Origin: Bacillota bacterium
GTDB lineage: Bacteria; Bacillota; Sulfobacillia; Fermentithermobacillales; Fermentithermobacillaceae
Assembly: GCA_040767525.1 (NCBI GenBank)
Contig: JAXGOJ010000005.1
Location: 9,613-73,612 of the forward strand
DNA: 64,000 bases
Direction: 5' to 3'
In this document: one piece after another, positions 1 to 8,864 of the stretch
Layout of the letters: each line of letters opens with the position of its first letter
Numbering within the stretch: the first letter of the stretch is position 1
The notes under the pieces: generated by a model
What the model was told of the DNA's origin: nothing
Databases searched by the model: none
Seen by the model: only the letters and a program-made list of their open reading frames with translations
Made by a program: the position numbers and the translations under genes

Positions 1-138
1 TGGAACTATCAAGAGAGGAATTCTTTGAAGGGCTTTTTTCTGCAGACAGCTAAAGGCAGCCTGTAAGTTCTGCACAGGCTGCCCTGATGATTCTTGTTCA
101 CTCTTGATGAAGGGTGTTGACGAGGGACGATATTACTG

Positions 139-2323
139 CTATCCACAGTTACTGATGCTTAGTCCCAGCTGCCACGCGAGAAAGCCCCACATGTTTGCCT
201 GTTCGTCAACTATCTTGTGCAAGGGCTTTCCTACGCCATGGCCTGCATCGGATTCTACTACCAGCAGCATGGGCCCTTTTGCCGGGGTTTTTGACGACAC
301 GTCTTGAAGCAAGGCAGTCATCTTCTTTGCATGCAAAGGATCAACTCTTGTATCAGATTCAGCAGTATAGGTATATACTGCAGGGTATGTTATGTTCTCA
401 TGGACATGATGGTACGGCGAATACGCGTAAATCCACTTGAATGCCTCTGGATCATCAGGGTCTCCGTATTCAGAGCACCATGTATAGGCAACAAGGAATT
501 TGTGGTAGCGCACCATATCCAGGAGGGGTACTCCACAAGCTACTGCCCTGAAAAGGTCCGGGCGCTGGGTAAGGGCTGCTCCTACCAGGAGCCCGCCGTT
601 GCTTCTTCCCCAGATGCCCAGGTGGTCCTTATCGGTATACCCTTCGCTTATTAAGTATTCTCCAGCGGCGATAAAATCGTCAAATACATTTTGTTTGTTG
701 TCGAGCATGCCCGATCTGTGCCAGTCTTCTCCGTATTCGTTGCCGCCTCTTAAGTTGGCAGAAGCGTAGATTCCCCCTGACTCTATCCAGGGTACTATTG
801 CAGGAGAATAAGCAGGGGTTCTGCTTATGTTAAACCCGCCGTAGCCTGACAGTACTGTCGGATAGGCCTTGGCGGCCGGTGTTTCCAATCCGGCCCGTTT
901 GAGAATGAACATAGGGATTTTGGTACCGTCTTTTGACCGGTAGAATACTTGTTCTATTGATGCCAGGTTTTGGTCAACGGCTCTGGCACTTTCAAGGAAT
1001 ATCGCCGGTTCGTCATCTTCTTCTACGCTGCAGCGATAAATGGCCGGCGGGACCAGGAATGACTCAAAGGTAAAGAAGAATTCAGGGCTGTCAGGGTCTG
1101 CTGTTAACCCTGTAATTGTTCCAAGGGTGGGCAACGGGATTTCCCTTTTGAGACTGCCGTCTATGCCGTATACATAAAGATGAGATACTGCATGTTTCAG
1201 GCCTGACAATATGATGTGGCCTTTGGCGAACTCCACCTTATCGATGGTAAGGTCAGGTGATTCAGGGATAAGGGTTTTCCAGTTTTCCACGGCGGGGTTC
1301 TTCAAGTCTACAGCGACTATCTTGTATCTTGATGCCTGGAAGTTTGTTACCATGTACAAGGTGTCGCCGGTGATACGCCCGTAGAAGAGGGCGTCTTTAC
1401 CTTCGACTCATCGGGGTGAATTCACTTCCAGGAACGGTTTCGTCCCGGAAGAAAAGGTCTGTGCTGTTCCAGCCGTAAGAGGAAGTGAGCAGGAGGTATT
1501 TGCCGTCTTCTGACAAGGAAGTTACGTATGATAGTTCTTTGGGGCGGTCTTCCCCAAAAATCTTAGGGTCACAGGCCGGGCCGGTGCCCAGTCTGTGATA
1601 GAAAACGTGCCTGTTGTAGTTCTCTTCCCCAGGCGGCACCTCGCCTGGTTTCGGATATTTCCCATAGTAGAAACCGCTGTTGTCTTTGAGCCAGGTTACC
1701 CTTGAGTATCTGGTTCTTTCAATTCTTTCGGGCAGAAGCTCACCGGTTTTTACGTTGAGGACATGAAGAATGCTCCATTCGTCGCCTTTTTCTGAAAGGC
1801 CGTAGGCCAGCATTGACCCATCTGATGACGGATGCCACCAGTCAAGAGCCACTATTCCTGTCTTGCTTTCTTCGTTTGGGTCAACAAGAATCCGGCCATG
1901 GCTCTGATCTTGATTATGCTCCTGATTCTGATTGTGGCTGTTTCCTGCCGGCCCTTCCAATGTGCCTGCATCCAGGATCTGGTTAAGGTCCATTACCATG
2001 AGAACCGGCTGGTTTTTTCCCTGGATACGTTTGGTGTAAAACAGTGTGCTTCCGCAAAGGTGAGGTGAGCCCACTGTATCCTGAGACATCAGTTTAGTCA
2101 TACCTTTGCTCAGCACATTTCTTTCAGGCAGCTGCTGCATCACTGTCTCTGTCCTCTGGTTTTGCGCATCGGTCCAGGCGCGGGTTTCAGGAGAATCTCC
2201 ATCTTCAAGCCAGCGATAGTGGTCTTCAATCAGAACATCATGGACCATGTCAGTTACTGTCTTCTTGGGAGTATGAGGCGGATCGGGAATCCTTACTTGA
2301 GGTGGTTTTGTCAATTCCATCAT
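139..2323 (-). pseudogene. Prolyl oligopeptidase (peptidase S9A). It is split into an N-terminal beta-propeller ORF (1397..2323) and a C-terminal hydrolase ORF (139..1359) by an apparent frameshift near 1360-1400.
   Basis: The N-terminal ORF has the family signature HYRWLED. The C-terminal ORF has the nucleophile elbow GRSNGGLL and a C-terminal AGHG histidine region. The two ORFs are adjacent, on the same strand and in different frames. Confidence 0.85.
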
Positions 2324-2728
2324 TCCTTTCAGTTGACATTATGCAAATCGGCAGAAACTCAGTGGGACGCGAAAACAGCGCCACAGTTGACGCTTATGCG
2401 TGTAATACTAGGCCTGGTTCTTTAACCTACACAATAGGAGAACCTGTCGATACCTCGTAACCATGAGAAGATTTTGGTTTGTAATACCCATGGCCCTGTC
2501 GTGCAAAGTGTTATTGTGCCTTTTCTTAAAGGAATGGCCTTCGAAGAATTTCTCGACAACTCCGGGCTTTTCCTTCTTGTAAGGGTATTGGTTGGATCCC
2601 AGACTGTCAGATGATACTTGCTTTAAGCCCATAAAGGAAATTTCCGGGCTTCAACAGAAGTAGTAATCGCCAGATACATGTGAGTAGTGTCTGAACTTTC
2701 AATTTAGAGCACTGGCCGGGGGAGGTTT

Positions 2729-3481
2729 ATGAGTATTTTTGTGGCGGTTATTGCTGCAATTCTGAGAGTTCTGGGAGTCCTGGCAGCCGTTTTCCTGTTA
2801 GCTGCCATGGCCGTCTTACTGCTGCCCCTTTATGCTAAAGGTGCAGGCTTTTGTGAGATTGAGAGTAATCTTGAAGAGGTTCTGAACAGGCTTGACGATT
2901 GTGAAACCGATCCCGGGGATGTTGATTTTTTCTTCCTCGACCATGGATTCGAACTGGATGTCCAGGCCTTTTTGGGGTTGGTTTCTTTACGGATATCTGA
3001 TTCAGACTCTCAATATTTCAGGGTATTGGGAATGAAGGTGCCTCATGTGAAACCAAAAGGGGCTGGAAAATCCAGAGGGCTTGAGAATTCCAAAGAATTT
3101 CAGAAGTCAAAGAAGCACAAGAAGGTGTCTTTAAGGGAACTAAAGAAATTCACATCTGCTCCGGTACGGGCAAAAATAGTTCAGTCAGCCAGGGCTTTTT
3201 TCAGGGCCGCACACCTTGAGGTGGATTTAGGCCTGGAGTTTGGGTTCTTTGATCCGGCCCATACGGGCGTGGTATATGGCTTGTTGTCGGCATGTATGAG
3301 TGCATTCGGTATGAAAGGAGTGAGAATTCGCCCTAACTTTCAGAGACAGGCCATTTCCGCAAACGGAAAAGCCTCTATTTGGGTTATGCCGGTTCAAATA
3401 GTGTGGATTGCCGGGTGCCTAATGTTTGCCCCTGAGATCAGGCCGATTTGGTGGAGAAGGCGAGTGTCAAAGAAAGAGTAA
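2729..3481 (+). CDS. Membrane protein, DUF2953/YtfI-like
   Basis: N-terminal hydrophobic helix. It sits directly upstream of a GerW/YtfJ gene, as in the Bacillus ytfI-ytfJ pair. The family assignment is from memory of that synteny, not from a motif. Confidence 0.5.
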   Translation: MSIFVAVIAAILRVLGVLAAVFLLAAMAVLLLPLYAKGAGFCEIESNLEEVLNRLDDCETDPGDVDFFFLDHGFELDVQAFLGLVSLRISDSDSQYFRVLGMKVPHVKPKGAGKSRGLENSKEFQKSKKHKKVSLRELKKFTSAPVRAKIVQSARAFFRAAHLEVDLGLEFGFFDPAHTGVVYGLLSACMSAFGMKGVRIRPNFQRQAISANGKASIWVMPVQIVWIAGCLMFAPEIRPIWWRRRVSKKE

Positions 3482-3531
3482 ATATGGTGCCATCCATAGT
3501 CTAAGATTATTCAGAAAGGGGAGACGGAATC

Positions 3532-3963
3532 ATGGAACATGCCGGATCACTTGAAGCGTTAGGGACTCAGTTGGAGAAGTTTATATCAACCAAGACTGTG
3601 TTTGGAGAGCCTGTGATTGCAGGGAAGGTTACCTTAATACCAATTCAGACTGTATCTTTTGGGTTTGCTTCAGGCGGTGGGCAGGGCACAACTGAGAAAG
3701 ATGCCGGCGGAGGTTCAGGCTCAGGGGGTGGAGCATCTCTTCGCCCTATGGCCATAGTAGCGGTCAAGGATGACGGAGACGTGCAAGTTTATACATTTGA
3801 AGGCCGGGGCATAATGGATAAAGTTGTAGAAAAACTCCCGGAGGTTGTGTCAAAGATCAATCTGGTAAAATTCAAGAAAGATAAGGATAAGGCCAAGGAA
3901 GAATGTAAAGAAGGGCCAAGGGAAGACGGTAGCACGGGTGTGGGTGAACCCAAGGAAGATTGA
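3532..3963 (+). CDS. ytfJ: GerW/YtfJ family sporulation protein
   Basis: It shows the family pattern TVFGEPV..GKVTLIPI..VSFGFASGGG, a Gly-rich loop and then ...RPMAIV. The RBS AAAGGGGAG lies 8 nt upstream of the ATG. Confidence 0.85.
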   Translation: MEHAGSLEALGTQLEKFISTKTVFGEPVIAGKVTLIPIQTVSFGFASGGGQGTTEKDAGGGSGSGGGASLRPMAIVAVKDDGDVQVYTFEGRGIMDKVVEKLPEVVSKINLVKFKKDKDKAKEECKEGPREDGSTGVGEPKED

Positions 3964-3997
3964 AAAGGCCACGGCAAAGCAGCTTCAAAACTTCATC

Positions 3998-4027
3998 TTG
4001 CCTATGTGAAACTGCCTGGCCTATAAT
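3998..4027 (+). promoter_or_regulatory. Sigma-A-type promoter candidate for the hyd cluster leader
   Basis: TTGCCT (3998-4003), an 18 nt spacer, then TATAAT (4022-4027). This would leave a leader of about 275 nt before the first gene. Confidence 0.4.
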
Positions 4028-4309
4028 GGGTCTGGGTTGTGAGGAAAATCACAATCACCATCACAACTGAATAGAGTGTTCACCTGCGGGGAGGGGCTGT
4101 GTCCCTGAACTTACGGGTTTTGATACAAAGGTGCTTTTGTTTTCTGATGTAGCCGCGAAAGGCTCGCGTGAAGTTAACGGGGCTACCAGGCACAGGAAAT
4201 GAAATTGTTGGCACCGCGATCTGATGCTAAGGCCTTTATGAGAATCGAAGCCCGTCCTCGCGACGGGCTTCGTGCGTATCAAGAGGGTTTTTCTTGAGGA
4301 GGTGGGAAC

Positions 4310-4615
4310 GTGAAAAACCGGAATATGCAGGCAGTTTCCCAGGTAAAACAAGAGTCTGGATATGAGGCAAATACAAAGAGGATCGGAGTGGTAGGTATTG
4401 TTGTCATGGACAGGCTGAAAAGTGCACCTAAGGTCAATCAGGTTCTTAGTTCCTACGCCCATGTCATAATCGGGAGAATGGGTATTCCCTATCAAGGCCG
4501 TGGTGTGTCTGTTATTGCCCTGATTGTTGACGGGGATACGGACACCCTTGGTGCAATGACCGGAAAGCTGGGAAGCCTTCCCGGCGTAAAAGTACGAACT
4601 GCCATAACTGTTTAG
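4310..4615 (+). CDS. TM1266-type putative iron-only hydrogenase system regulator (small ACT/NikR-C-like protein)
   Basis: About 100 aa with IGVVGIVV...VNQVLS.YA..IIGRMGIPY......VIALIVDG.TD.LGA.TGKLG.LPGVKV, which is typical of the family. It lies immediately upstream of hydE/G/F. GAGGAGG RBS before GTG 4310. Confidence 0.8.
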   Translation: MKNRNMQAVSQVKQESGYEANTKRIGVVGIVVMDRLKSAPKVNQVLSSYAHVIIGRMGIPYQGRGVSVIALIVDGDTDTLGAMTGKLGSLPGVKVRTAITV

Positions 4616-4705
4616 GAAGTCCTGGTTGTTCAGATCCATGACGAATTTTCAAGGCCGGGTTCAAAGTAGGCTTACCGGCTTGAGCAACGGAAAGGGAGAA
4701 AATCC

Positions 4706-5971
4706 ATGAAAAAGGTTGGGGACGATTTTCGGACATACAGGAATAGTACTGAAACGTACAGTGAAATACTTGAGAGAATCTCATCAACACATCCTGTGCA
4801 GGTACATGACATTCAAGAAGCCTTTTCCGCCGAAAATTTGGAACAAGAGTTTTGCTTGATCCAGTCTGCCCACCGGGTTCGGCTCAATAACATGGGTAAG
4901 GAAATCCATGTAAGGGGAATAATTGAGTTTTCCAACTATTGCAGGCAAGATTGCCTCTACTGCGGGTTGAGGCGGAGCAATGGCAATCTAACCCGATACC
5001 GCAGGTCCTCTGAACAGATTATTAAAGCTGCATCGAGGGCCCTAGGTGTACACAAGTTTGGCACATTTGTCCTCCAGTCAGGAGAAGATCCAGGTTGCTC
5101 TGCTGAGGACATTGCCAAAGCTGTCAGAGCAATAAAGGAAATGGGCTCTGCTGTAACCCTTAGTGTGGGGCAAAGGCTCCCTGAGGATTACGAATTGTGG
5201 AGAAAGGCAGGGGCAGACCGCTTTTTACTGAAATTTGAGACGTCGGATCCTTATCTCTTTTCCAGGTTAAAACCAACTACGACTTTGGGTGAAAGGCTGC
5301 AGTGCCTTATCAATTTGCAGAACCTGGGATATCAAATTGGAACAGGCATCATTCTGGGGTTACCCGGGCAGACCCCGGAGTCGGTTATAGGTGATTTCAT
5401 GTTGCTAAGAAAACTTGATCCTGAGATGGTGAGCATTGGGCCTTTTATTCCTCATCCTGATACTCCCTTAGGAACAGCGGGGGCTAACACTAAGACGTCT
5501 AATCCCACTGGTTTAATCCGGGCAACTCTGCGGGCTATGGCCCTTTCCCGGCTTATGATGCCTCTTTCCCATATTCCTGCAACCACTGCATTGGGAGTCA
5601 TAGGGAGGAATTCGAGGGAATGGGTTGAACTTTGGAAGCAGAATCCCAAGCATCATGATACTCTCTCCTGGTTTGATCCGGCACAGGAATGGAACGACCC
5701 CCGGGGGCTTGCCCTATTATGTGGTGCTAACGTTATCATGCCAGATGTAACACCTAAACGGTTTAGAGATTCCTATGAGATATATCCCGGTAAGGCGAGT
5801 TCAGATGGGGAAGAACTTGCAGCAATTGTAAAAGCCGTAAACCTATTGATTGACGGATTAGGAATGTTTGTCGCCCCTGGCAGGGGTGACAGTCCAAAGC
5901 CCGGTTTTAGGCATTGTGCTTTTGAATATACAGGGCATAACGATGTAACAGAAAGGACTGATCAAAAGTGA
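4706..5971 (+). CDS. hydE: [FeFe]-hydrogenase H-cluster radical SAM maturase HydE
   Basis: CX3CX2C motif CRQDCLYCGLRR, a biotin-synthase-like core, ...ATTALG...GANVIMP...YEIYPGK. The stop overlaps the hydG GTG start (GTGA). It contains an insertion of about 30 aa (see findings). Confidence 0.9.
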   Translation: MKKVGDDFRTYRNSTETYSEILERISSTHPVQVHDIQEAFSAENLEQEFCLIQSAHRVRLNNMGKEIHVRGIIEFSNYCRQDCLYCGLRRSNGNLTRYRRSSEQIIKAASRALGVHKFGTFVLQSGEDPGCSAEDIAKAVRAIKEMGSAVTLSVGQRLPEDYELWRKAGADRFLLKFETSDPYLFSRLKPTTTLGERLQCLINLQNLGYQIGTGIILGLPGQTPESVIGDFMLLRKLDPEMVSIGPFIPHPDTPLGTAGANTKTSNPTGLIRATLRAMALSRLMMPLSHIPATTALGVIGRNSREWVELWKQNPKHHDTLSWFDPAQEWNDPRGLALLCGANVIMPDVTPKRFRDSYEIYPGKASSDGEELAAIVKAVNLLIDGLGMFVAPGRGDSPKPGFRHCAFEYTGHNDVTERTDQK

Positions 5972-7411
5972 AAAGAGGCCGTCGAAAAGCGTCATTCATC
6001 GACGAAAAAAGAATAGCAGATGTACTTGAAGCCGGAAAGAGATACAGTCCTGGGGCTGTGAGGGATACCATATCGAAATCACTTGAACTCAAAGGCCTGG
6101 ATCTTGAGGAACTGGCGGCTCTTTTTTGGGTTGATGATCCTGAATTGGAACACGAAATCTACAGTGCTGCGCGAAAGATCAAGGAGCAGATATATGGTAA
6201 GAGGATTGTCTTCTTTGCACCCCTTTATGTAAGTAACCATTGTGTAAATAACTGCAAGTACTGTGCGTACAAGGTTGGTAATGACTATCCCAGGCGAAGG
6301 CTTTCAATGGATGAAGTGCGGGAGGAAGTCAAGGCAATTGAAAACATGGGCCACAAGCGCATTGCCCTTGAAGCCGGCGAAGATCCGGTCAATTGCCCTA
6401 TTGAGTATATTACGGAAACGATGAAAACCATATACGATACGACTTCGGGAAATGGCACTATAAGGCGGATTAACGTAAACATTGCGGCAACTACAGTTGA
6501 AGAGTACAAGATGCTTAAAGAAGCAGGTATCGGAACGTATGTGCTTTTCCAGGAAACGTATCACCGGGAAACATACAAGAGAGTTCATCGCGGGCCCAAG
6601 GCAGACTATGATTGGCATACCACTGCTATGGACAGGGCTTTTGCAGGGGGTATTGATGACGTGGGCATGGGAGTCCTGTACGGGCTTTATGATTGGCGGT
6701 TTGAGACCATAGCCCTCCTGATGCATGCGAAATATCTGGACAAGACATATGGAGTGGGCCCCCATACTATTTCTTTCCCGAGATTGCGCTCGGCTTATGG
6801 AATGTCTTTGGACGATTTTCCCTATATTGTAAATGACGACGATTTCAAAAGAATCGTGGCTTCTTTGCGGTTAAGCGTCCCTTATACAGGGATGATTCTT
6901 TCAACAAGAGAAGAGCCGTTTTTCAGGGAAGAGGTTGTGGCCCTGGGTATTTCACAAATCAGCGCCGGATCTATGACCGGTGTAGGGGAATATAGTGAGC
7001 ATGCCCACAAGTACAGTGAGCATGAAGGTACGGATGGAGAACATGCCCCGGGGCACCCGGATACTCCTCAATTTGATGTAGGAGATCACAGATCCCTTGA
7101 CGAAATCATCCATGACTTGCTGCCCGAAGGATATATTCCCAGTTTCTGTATGGCATGTTACCGTTCGGGCAGGACAGGCGGGAATCTCTACAATTTTACC
7201 AAATCCGCACACATCCACGAGATGTGCCAGCCTAACGCATTGCTTACCTTCCAGAATATCTTTGTGACTATGCGTCGCCAAATACAAGGCTAAGGGCAAT
7301 CCCGGCTATAGAGAAGGATTGAGGTAGTTCCTGAGAGTCTGAAACAAGAATGCAAAAACAGGCTAGAAAGAATAAGGTAACGGTGAACGGGACCTGTATT
7401 TTGGGGTATAG
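5968..7411 (+). CDS. hydG: [FeFe]-hydrogenase radical SAM maturase HydG. The last ~50 codons are broken by three single-nt indels, and the uninterrupted ORF ends at 7293.
   Basis: VSNHCVNNCKYCAY radical SAM motif and the C-terminal cluster motif CMACYRSGRTG...CQPNALLTF. After three 1-nt edits the tail reads ...QEYLCDYASP...NGERDLYFGV* and ends at 7411. Confidence 0.9.
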
Positions 7412-7458
7412 ATCAGAGCAAGCTATGTGATTGAACCAGTGAAAGGAGAAACAGCCAA

Positions 7459-8690
7459 TGAGCCTTGGGTAAAACCCCCAGGTACCAACAGGGTCCACAT
7501 AGGCATTTTCGGCAGGAGAAATGCCGGAAAGTCCAGTTTGATTAATGCTATTACAGCAACCAGGACATGTTTCTCTGGTTTCTTCTGCTCCCGGCACCGC
7601 TCACACAGACCCTGTACAACATGGAACTTTGCGATATACCGGTGGTTTTCAATGATACTGCCAGTATTGATGATATCGGGGATCTCGGGCAAGGCAAGAG
7701 CAAAAAGGCCTACAGGTTTTGAGAAATATTGCCGTAATAGTAGCTGACCCAATTCCAGGTTTTGATTTACCGAAAAGAATTTGTTAAATCGTTTCTATGT
7801 CCAAGTCCATGCCGGTTATAGCAGTTGTCGGGAAACAAGATATCTGGACTGATAAGACATGTTTGGAAAAAGTTGTCACTAAGTAAAAGCAGTTTATCGT
7901 GATTGCCAAAACAGGTAAAAGATTCCAGAACACTAACAGGGTGAGAAGTGCCATTATACCAGGGAATTTCAGAACTCACTACCCGGATTGTGTGAGACCA
8001 TAGAAAATGAACTCGGGGACACTGAACCTGCCATAATCGGGGATCTTCTTGAACCCGGAGATTTGGTATTTCTCGTGGTTCCCTTTGGATTTACAGGCTC
8101 CTGAAGCAGGCTTATCCTTCCGCAAGTCCAGACCATAAGGGATTTGCTGGACCATGGCTGTGTCGCGTACGGGCTAAGACTTTTGATCTCCCGTACCGGA
8201 AAACTAAAGCAGCCTCCCAAATCAGATAACTGATTCCCAGGTGTTTCAGGGTGACAGTATATTACCTGCAGAGATTCTGCTTACGTCTTTTCCATCCTGT
8301 TTGCCAGGTACAAAGGGGATCTTTCAAGTGCAATTGCAGAGGGTGCCAGGGCTTTAGGAGAGCCAGTCTGCCATGATAGCGTGCTAGTTGCAGAGGCGTG
8401 CACCCATCATCCTATTGAAGACGACATCGGTACTGTAAAGATACCCAGGTGGCTGGAAAGCAAAGTTGGGGAAAATTTCTAGAGTTTTCGTGGCAGCGCG
8501 GAATTGACGATCCGGAGAACTTTGAGGAGTTTAAGGTAATAGTCCATTGTGGAGGTTGTATGCTCAACCGCAGGGAGATGCAATCTCAAGGATCGATACT
8601 GCCAAAACTGCCGGGGTTCCGATTACAAACCATGGGATGACAATTGCTTATACCAAAGGAACTTTGAAAGGGCTTTGAAACCCTTGGATT
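7459..8690 (+). pseudogene. hydF: HydF GTPase maturase scaffold, heavily frameshifted (at least 8 frame changes)
   Basis: Recognisable pieces lie in all three frames: P-loop GRRNAGKSSLINAIT (7511-7555), PVVFNDTASIDDIGDLG, IAVIVADP, HCGGCMLNRREM (8545-8580) and GVPITNHG. AAAGGAGAA RBS before ATG 7459. Confidence 0.8.
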
Positions 8691-8710
8691 AGGGTAAAAT
8701 CAATCCAAGG
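8682..8710 (+). terminator. Hairpin after hydF (weak terminator candidate)
   Basis: CCTTGGATT, an 11 nt loop, then AATCCAAGG, followed by ATTTCC. The U tract is poor. Confidence 0.3.
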
Positions 8711-8864
8711 ATTTCCAAACGATCAATTAGAGTTGAACAAGAAGGTCTTTAAGAGAGGCGGTGCCAGAATCCGATAATCAGACAATGAGAACTCTCATGG
8801 ATGGTGTTACAATTAATCGTGTACACGTTACGTTAGTGAATTGAGCAAAGGAGAGAACCGGACA

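Noticed and set aside
2408-2632. 74 aa minus-strand ORF in the POP/ytfI divergent intergenic region
   Set aside because: No convincing RBS and no motif I recognise. It may be real, but I cannot support it.
4026-4070. His-rich mini-ORF MGLGCEENHNHHHN as a possible leader peptide for attenuation
   Set aside because: Its ATG overlaps the proposed -10 box, so it would not be on the transcript. It has no RBS.
4205-4275. T-box riboswitch resemblance: TTGGCACCGCG versus the T-box core GGTGGTACCGCG, followed by a 10 bp hairpin
   Set aside because: I found no Stem I GA motif, specifier loop, AGTA or F-box on this strand. The hairpin lacks a U tract. The downstream genes are not amino-acid related. 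I kept it only as part of the generic structured-leader finding.
4061-4639. 192 aa minus-strand ORF overlapping the hyd leader and the TM1266-type regulator gene
   Set aside because: It is antisense to a gene with clear family similarity. It has no RBS and no recognisable motifs, and its composition is Ser/Cys/His-rich as expected of a shadow ORF.
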